Source of the DNA: Ministeria vibrans ATCC 50519
Lineage: Eukaryota > Protista > Filasterea
Length of the DNA: 35,605 bases
NCBI GenBank assembly: GCA_943704425.1
Contig: CALSCP010000519.1
Location: 1-35,605, forward strand
Direction of reading: 5' to 3'
In this document: piece after piece, positions 25,493 to 35,605 of the stretch
Layout of the letters: the number at the start of each line of letters is the position of its first letter
How positions within the stretch are numbered: the first letter of the stretch is position 1
The notes under the pieces: model-generated
What the model saw: the letters and a program-made list of their open reading frames with translations, nothing else
Databases searched by the model: none
What the model was told of the DNA's origin: nothing
Translations under genes and position numbers: made by a program

Positions 25493-25615
25493 GCCAACAA
25501 AATGAATGAGTTATGACTGATGAGTGATGAGACATTGAGACTTGAGAGATTGATTGAGACTTACTTGATTAATATTTTTATCATTGTTATCTGATCATCA
25601 CATAAACTTTTTAAA

Positions 25616-26822
25616 ATGGCGTGTGTGACTCTTCGTAATGGATCAAAGATGCCCATTGTGGGTCTGGGGACGTGGAAAATGGAGAAGGACGCGTGTCCGG
25701 ACAGCGTTTTCAAGGCCATTCAGGTAGGCATGCTGTCTGCCGCGATGCATGATGATCACACTGTGTCTCCCTGTCGGTCTGTCGCAGCTGGGATACCGCC
25801 ACATTGACTGCGCCATGGACTACGGCAACGAGAAGGAGGTCGGTCTGGGCATTCGACGCGCAATCGATGAAGGTGTGTGTGTGTGTGTAACGGAGAAAGT
25901 TGGGTTCGGTGGATTGAGGGGCGTCGCATAGGCATCGTCACACGCAACGAACTGTGGGTGACGAGCAAGCTGTGGAACACGGATCACCACAAAGAGCATG
26001 TGAAGCCTGCGATTCAGCGGTAACCGAGCCGGAGGAGGGCGGGGGAGGGCGCCAGGGGCGACGGCGACTGATTGTGCTTTTGTAGGACGCTTTCCGATCT
26101 TGGACTCGATTACCTCGATCTGTACCTCATCCACTTCCCGCTGTCGTTCAAGCATGTCGAGTACGACCAAAAGTACCCGCCCATGTGGGAGTACGACGAC
26201 AACGAGGCTGCCATTATGGACTTTGTTCCGATTCGCGAGACGTGGGAAGCGATGGAGGCGCTCATGGACAGCGGTCTGGCTCGCAACATTGGCGTGAGCA
26301 ACATGAATGTGCAGTCGCTGTACGATGTCATGTCGTACGCACGCATTCGTCCGCTTGTCAACCAGGTCGAGCTGCACCCACAGCTGACGCAGGAGAAGCT
26401 GTGCGAATTTTGCAAGCGATACGACATTACGCTGACGGCCTACTCTCCCTTCGGAGGGCGCAGCTACGAGGCTTTTGGGGTAAGGAAAACAATGGAAGAT
26501 GATAACAGTGGATGTGGTTGATCTAAGGGTGATCCGGTAGTTGCCACAACTGAAGATGGCGGTGCCGTTGCTCGAGAACGAGACGGTGGGAGCGATTGCA
26601 GCGGCGCACAAGGTCACTGCAGCGCAGGTGCTGGTGCGCTTTGCGGTCGAGCGGGGCCACACAGTGGTCCCCAAGGGCACAGGGGAGGCGCATCTGCGCG
26701 CCAATCTGGATGTGCAAGGGTTTACATTGAGCGAGGAGGACATGAAAGCGCTGCTGGGACTCAACATGTCGCTGCGCTTCAACGATGTCAGTGGTGTGTG
26801 GAAGTGTCCCATTGCCTACTAA
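25616..26822 (+). CDS. Aldo-keto reductase, xylose reductase/AKR2-like, 5 exons
   Basis: Exons 25616-25723, 25788-25872, 25932-26019, 26086-26479 and 26541-26822. Motifs: [47 protein letters not shown] (D-Y-K-H tetrad), IGVSN, NQVELHP, AYSPFG, VVPKG, LRFND. Confidence 0.95.
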
Positions 26823-26862
26823 CTACTAATGAAGAACGAGTTGATTTGATTTCTCTGGGTGT

Positions 26863-30046
<3,184 letters not shown>

Positions 30047-30239
30047 AGTATGAAGATGATACGTAACATTAATAATAATCAACAATTTCGACATTCGACA
30101 TTTATTTTGACGAATTTAATTTAATATAAGCACTTGTTGACGTCATTGTTTTTCTTTTTTCAGATTATTACTACTATTATTTCGCATTCGTAGGTACCGA
30201 AGCTCAAGTAATATATCAGTTTGCTCGAATATCTGTGAA

Positions 30240-33200
30240 ATGCCGCGTATTCAGCCTTGGGTGGGTCACAAATACGCGCTAATTCTCGGACGATGCTCGT
30301 ACGACTCCAAAACGCTTGGTCTGGGACCGCTCGTAGGCGTCGCCCCGACCGTGCGAAACGTTGCCGTCGACCTACATCGCAACGGATTCATGGTCGTCGT
30401 GGTCGCCGACAAGCCCATGACGTTGCCACGGCCCTCCTTCGACAATCAGGCGATGGAGCAAACATACGTCGACGACGCCATCCAAGCTACGCAGGCCGGC
30501 AACCTCGTGTGGAGCTCTCCCGATGTCACACGGGTCAATGTCCGTGCTGGGTTTGACAAGCTGGCCGCCATGGTTGCTGGTCACCGACCCTCAACCCATG
30601 ACCAACTTATCATTTACATTGCCGCCCACGGTATCGAAAACGCTTCTGACAGCTCGTACGGCGCCGCGTTGGGCGAGATCAAAGCGACCACGGACGCGGA
30701 TGGTAACTTGACGGGGGTCTACGAGGGCGCGTACACGATGGAGCAACTTCACCACGATTTGGGCGTCAAAACAGAACAACGGTGGCGCAACACGCTTGTC
30801 GTGCTAGACACCTGCCACTCGGGCGCTGCATTTGACACAGCGCAACAACAGCGTATCTGCACGCGTACACGTGGTGTCGGCGACACCGACGATTTCCAAC
30901 GCTCCCATCTCTCCGTGTCATTTCACTGTCTTGCTGCCGCGGCTAGCTCGTCTAATGCCTTTTGCGACGATTCTGGCACAGTGTTGCACAAAGCGCTGCG
31001 ACGAGTATGGATGTCACTTAATGGCGCAGCCGGTGCATTTGAGCGCGCTTGTGGCGTTGGCGTGGCGGAGTGGGCGACGGTGCAATGTGTTGCGGATTAT
31101 GTCAACGTGGAGCTAGCTGATCTGATGGCTTCTGGCTCGAGCGATTTCTATCTTCACAGGCAGACGTGTCTGCTAGGAAGACTTCCCTGGCTTATCGACG
31201 CCAATGTGGGCGAGTTTATCGCTTTCAACAAGGACTACATACACAGTGAGCGCCGCAAGCTCGCAATGGTTCCACCCCTACCTTTCTGCTTTATGGCACG
31301 CGAAGCTCACCTGGCGGAACTTCACTCACGACTGATGAGTGACGGGCAGGCGGCGATTGGCAACAGTATTGCTATAAGTGCGACTGGTGGGGTGGGAAAG
31401 AGTGCCCTGGCGATCGTGTACGCGACGGAACATGTGGATGACTTCACCTGGCTGCTCTGGGTGCGAGGCACCAATGCGGGAACGATGGTTGCATCGTTTC
31501 GTGAGGCCGCAGCGTACATTCCGCTGAGTGAAGTAACGAGAGAGAGCAACGATGATGAGGTGGTGGCGGCGATGCGGCAGTGGTTGGGTTTTCAAAATAG
31601 ATGGTTGATGGTGGTGGATGGGTGGGATCGTGTGACAAAGGAGATGTTGGAAATGATGCCAGCAGGACAGATGGGTGGGAAGATGATTGTTACGACACGA
31701 CTGCAGGATTTGAGTGAGTTTGGTGCGTTGTTTGGAACAGGGAGTGTCTCCAGAGCATTGTTGCTGGATGTACTGAAAGAGGAAGAAGCTTTGGAATACT
31801 TACTCGTGCGGCTGCCTTTGAGGAAGAAGAAGGAAGATATGGAGGCGTTGCGGGAGGTTGCTGTGCAGTTGGGAGGGATGCCACTTGCGCTTGAGCTTGC
31901 GGGCGGGTATCTGGCGGAGATGACTTACAAGAGTGTAAGTGAATATCAAGAAGTATTGAAAAAGGACCGACTGGGGATGTTGCAAAAGCGAACGTGTGAT
32001 TCCGATGTGCCCCTGGTTGCACCAGTGTTGGCGACGTATCGTCCAAGCATTGAGCAAGCGATGGAGATTGGGGGAGAGGAGATGGTAAAGAAGATTGTGG
32101 CGGTGATGGGTATCGTGGAAGGGAGTGGGATTGACGTAAACCTGTTGCATCTTTTGGCGACGGGGAGGAAGAGGGAGGTGGCGCGACTAGAAGATGAATT
32201 TGATGTGGCGCTTTTGTATTTGTGCCGCTTCTCGATACTGAAGATTAACGAAACGCGTGTGAGCGTTCACGAGTTGGTGCAGGACGTATGTCGAGCGATG
32301 GCATTTGTTGACGAGAGTGGAATGTGGGAGGCGATGGTCTCAATGGCAGAAATAATGCGTTTAGAGATTAACGATATTGAAACAGTCTATCGCAATCGCG
32401 AATGGAGTCAGCATGTTGGATTGCATGGGATGAAGTGCGTGAAAGTGATGTTGCGCTCGAATAATAAGTCCGACTCGGGGGGCTGGAACCATAAATGGGA
32501 GCATAATGTGATCGCTTTCATGGTCTCTCTTGCATGGATGTGGCGCGACGTTGGATATTACGACGAAGCTCTTTATGCAGCGGAGGCTGCCAACTCATGT
32601 GTACCTGAACACGAAACATTGCTAGCTGCCACTGCGTTTTGTGCCCTTGGTGGTGTTCACATTGTGAAAGCGAACTACGATGAAGCTTTGAGATTATTGG
32701 AAAAGGCTCGCATCGCACAGGAAGCTGCTCTGAATATTTCCGAATTTCCACTTGATATGGCACACACGTACAGAAGGCTGGGTGATGCTTTAGCTGCGAA
32801 TCGTGACTATCCAGCAGCAGAGAAATACTATTCCAAGGCTCTTAAACTCTACGAAGACCCTTTACTCGATGCGCATTCCTTCATTGCCCATACTCTCAGC
32901 AGTCTCGGCAACGTTTTTGAGGAGCGAAAAAAATTTAAACTCGCCTTGGAGCGCTACAACCAAGCGTTTCAAATTTGCACCGAGAGGCTGTTTCCTGAAC
33001 ACCCCCTGTTGGGGGAAACCATAAATCGTCTGGCTTCCATTTACTACAAACAGAGAAAGTTCGACCGGGCTTTAAAGAAATATCAAGACGCCCTTGTTAT
33101 CAAAGAAGCATCACTTGGCGAAGACCATCCCTCGATCGCTGCGACGTGCCATAATATCGGTCTCGTGTACCGCAAGCTTAAAAAAAATTCTCAGGCTGAG

Positions 33201-33749
33201 GAGTTTTTTAAACGTGCCGATAAAATCTATAACAAGAAGCTTGGTGATAAACACCCCCTCTCAAAGGATACTGCTGAAACCTTAACTGCAGTGGTCGATT
33301 CCAACCGCAACAAGTCGACCTCGATACTAATCGAAACAACGAGTCAAGACGGCAGCCAAGCCGTGGTTTCGCGTTCTTTGCGATCATTGCGGTATGTCAA
33401 GGCCAAGGCCAAGTCACTTTGTTTCATGCTCTGGAAACTGATCTTGAAACTATTGCTTTGCATTTTGTGCATTGTATTCTTCCCAATATCTCTATATGCT
33501 TTTTACCGATCCCTTCAAAACACCCATCGCCCCATGCTCGGAACCACCCATCGCCCCATGCTCGGAACCCATTGTCCTGAGATTGAAAGAATAGAGTTAG
33601 ATATTCTATGCGGTATAGAACGCAGTTGTGGTCGCTACCGGTGCCAGTTTAATCGCAACCCGTGCCAGTGTTATCCCAACCCGTGCCAGTGTTATCCCAA
33701 CCCGTGCGAGTGTTATTGCAACCCGATTTTTCATGAAACAGACGTATGA
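30240..33749 (+). CDS. NLR-like STAND protein: caspase-like (peptidase C14) domain, NB-ARC, TPR repeats, TM helix and Cys-rich tail; intronless
   Basis: 1169-aa ORF. C14 motifs: KYALILG..SY, DQLIIYIAAHG (catalytic His), LVVLDTCHSG (catalytic Cys). NB-ARC motifs: FMARE..L, Walker A ATGGVGKS, Walker B WLMVVDGWD, sensor MIVTTR, GGMPLAL (GLPL), VHELVQ (MHD-equivalent). About 6 TPRs with a roughly 42-aa period (HP..A.T..N.G.VY). TM LILKLLLCILCIVFFPISLYAFY; tail (NPCQCYP)x3. Confidence 0.9.
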   Translation: MPRIQPWVGHKYALILGRCSYDSKTLGLGPLVGVAPTVRNVAVDLHRNGFMVVVVADKPMTLPRPSFDNQAMEQTYVDDAIQATQAGNLVWSSPDVTRVNVRAGFDKLAAMVAGHRPSTHDQLIIYIAAHGIENASDSSYGAALGEIKATTDADGNLTGVYEGAYTMEQLHHDLGVKTEQRWRNTLVVLDTCHSGAAFDTAQQQRICTRTRGVGDTDDFQRSHLSVSFHCLAAAASSSNAFCDDSGTVLHKALRRVWMSLNGAAGAFERACGVGVAEWATVQCVADYVNVELADLMASGSSDFYLHRQTCLLGRLPWLIDANVGEFIAFNKDYIHSERRKLAMVPPLPFCFMAREAHLAELHSRLMSDGQAAIGNSIAISATGGVGKSALAIVYATEHVDDFTWLLWVRGTNAGTMVASFREAAAYIPLSEVTRESNDDEVVAAMRQWLGFQNRWLMVVDGWDRVTKEMLEMMPAGQMGGKMIVTTRLQDLSEFGALFGTGSVSRALLLDVLKEEEALEYLLVRLPLRKKKEDMEALREVAVQLGGMPLALELAGGYLAEMTYKSVSEYQEVLKKDRLGMLQKRTCDSDVPLVAPVLATYRPSIEQAMEIGGEEMVKKIVAVMGIVEGSGIDVNLLHLLATGRKREVARLEDEFDVALLYLCRFSILKINETRVSVHELVQDVCRAMAFVDESGMWEAMVSMAEIMRLEINDIETVYRNREWSQHVGLHGMKCVKVMLRSNNKSDSGGWNHKWEHNVIAFMVSLAWMWRDVGYYDEALYAAEAANSCVPEHETLLAATAFCALGGVHIVKANYDEALRLLEKARIAQEAALNISEFPLDMAHTYRRLGDALAANRDYPAAEKYYSKALKLYEDPLLDAHSFIAHTLSSLGNVFEERKKFKLALERYNQAFQICTERLFPEHPLLGETINRLASIYYKQRKFDRALKKYQDALVIKEASLGEDHPSIAATCHNIGLVYRKLKKNSQAEEFFKRADKIYNKKLGDKHPLSKDTAETLTAVVDSNRNKSTSILIETTSQDGSQAVVSRSLRSLRYVKAKAKSLCFMLWKLILKLLLCILCIVFFPISLYAFYRSLQNTHRPMLGTTHRPMLGTHCPEIERIELDILCGIERSCGRYRCQFNRNPCQCYPNPCQCYPNPCECYCNPIFHETDV
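33520..33724 (+). repeat. In-frame coding tandem repeats: 24-bp x2 (THRPMLGT) and 21-bp x3 (NPCQCYP)
   Basis: acccatcgccccatgctcggaacc twice at about 33522-33569; aacccgtgccagtgttatccc about three times at 33657-33724. Confidence 0.9.
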
Positions 33750-34656
33750 AGGAATAATAGTTAAAAAATAATCATAAATAAAAATGAATAAGACAATAAT
33801 TTAATATTAATAGAGAATCGAGAGCTATGCTCAATGTCAAAATAAGACTATATAAATCAAAGAGCAGCAATACTTCCAAAATAAAGACATACAGGGAGAC
33901 AGTATTATATATTATTACTACTAATAAAACGTATGAAGTAAACAGAGTACATTTATCAGTACAACCCATTTATTAATGATACAGTCAGTCAGTCACCACG
34001 CGAAGACACAGCCAGACCGCTTTGCAATCTTAACCGAACCTCTAGAGGTAACATGGGAGAGTCAAGAGTGCTCATGCGTCGTCGATCCAGCGAGGCAATC
34101 GCAATGGTACGCCATACCCCCATTGGGGGCTTAGGGCTCTGACACCATGAAGGTGTCTGTCGGTAAGGAGTGTAAAGTCGAAGTCGTGGCAGACGTGGTT
34201 GAAGCAATCATCAACGCGACCCATTGACTCACCCTTCCGAACCCCTCGTCCCCCACCCACCCATCCATATATCTATCCTCATAATCTAACACACAGACCA
34301 CAGTCACGACAACAAGCACACCAGCCGCCCTACAGCCGACCCGCCGTCTGTCCCGCCCCGCCTGTGTACCACGGGAGTGCCCCGCAGCCACCTGGACTTG
34401 CCGCCGCCGACCACCGATCTCTTAGGTGACATTCGTCCTAAATTATGGAAAACGAGAGGTTCGGAAGGGTGAGTAAATGGGTCGCGTTGATAGGACGATG
34501 AAGCATCTGTACATCTCCCGCAGGGGACGAAATGCTTCATAGTATGTGTTGTTGGTCGCGCGCAGTGCCTCGACAAGGGTCTTGCCAACCAGTGAGTCGT
34601 GTCGGTGTCGGTAAAGTAAAAACAGAAAGCTTAATGATTGTCTGTTATTGATTAAA

Positions 34657-35482
34657 ATGGAATTACGAGGTAATGCTTCTTCTTGAGTTAAATGAGTACT
34701 TCTTCAAAGTTTTTCACATGCTCCACTCGGTCCGCGCCTTCGAGCAATGCATTGCTAGCGTTGTAGAAGACGATGACTTTGCGGCGCTGCCTGAGCTGCC
34801 GGTGGGCGGGGACGACGGCGCAGACGACGGCGAGCAGCGCCGACAGCAAATGTGGACGCGTCGACGCGAAACGCTTCGCTGCGAGCATGAACCACGCATT
34901 CCCGAGGACATTGACCTGGTGCATCTTCCCGACGATCTAAACCTCCACGTTTTGTCGCTGACGCTCGCGAAACGGCGCGTCGCCGAGCTCAATCACGCTC
35001 CACGTCAAGAGCTGAGTGTGGACAGCGATGCTGCCGACGCACAGCCGCTCACGCGCAAAGACGTCCTCCTTGAAGTGAGTGTGTACCATGCCCATGCCGA
35101 TCTGCCCACTTCGAAGCAGACACACCAGCGAATGGGCCGCTTTCAAGTGCTCTCAACACAGCCTTTGACGGCCCTTGTTGATCGCATCGAGTGCGTCGAG
35201 TCGTTGCGCCTTGACGGCCCCCAGCATCGCTACTCCAACTTTTTCTTCGTGGAAAACACGTTCTACGACGACACACGTGGTGATTCGGAGCCAAGCAAGT
35301 CAATTCGAGAGTAAGACTGGTACAAGTGAAACTCGCTACTAATTTTCCTTACTCAAGATGGGTCTTGGACGGACGCCTGGCCGACCCTAACCTGGGCCTG
35401 TACCACGCGACCTCGATGGAATCCGTGACCTTCTCCGATCTTTCCATTGTGCTTGGCTACCCCTACCTCTACGGCCACCAAG
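34657..35482 (+). CDS. SNAPC3: snRNA-activating protein complex subunit 3 (SNAP50), 5' part; continues beyond the window
   Basis: Likely exons 34657-34669 (uncertain, implies a 40-nt intron), 34710-35310 and 35359-35482. Motifs: FQVLSTQPLTALVDRIECVES, NFFFVENTFYDDTR, IREW, MESVTFSDLSIVLGYPYLYGHQG, matching the SNAP50 C-terminal domain. Confidence 0.88.
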
Positions 35483-35494
35483 GTAAAGCGAGCA

Positions 35495-35605
<111 letters not shown>

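Overview
Gene-dense eukaryotic DNA, most likely from a unicellular protist (organism not identifiable from the sequence). It has GC-rich exons, short GT-AG introns (mostly 40-130 nt), abundant (AG/CT)n, (CA)n and (AAT)n microsatellites, and one N gap. I assembled spliced models by hand. In order: a possible WLM/Wss1-like 5' fragment (-); exportin-7/RanBP16-17 (+, 3' end missing); a bromodomain-associated histone-fold TAF8/TAF3-like gene (-, 3' end missing, not assembled in the ORF track); a 12-TM otopetrin-like channel (-); HPD (-); a head-to-head pair of paralogues sharing an unrecognised Cys/His-rich domain and a C-terminal coiled coil; HPS3 (-); PA200/PSME4 (-); an AKR2-like aldo-keto reductase (+); an arylsulfatase (-); an intronless caspase-like protease-NB-ARC-TPR-TM NLR-like gene (+); and the 5' part of SNAPC3 (+). 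The best candidates for novelty are the divergent paralogue pair (10268-14183), the protease-NLR (30240-33749) and the otopetrin-like gene. Family calls rest on motif recognition, not database searches.
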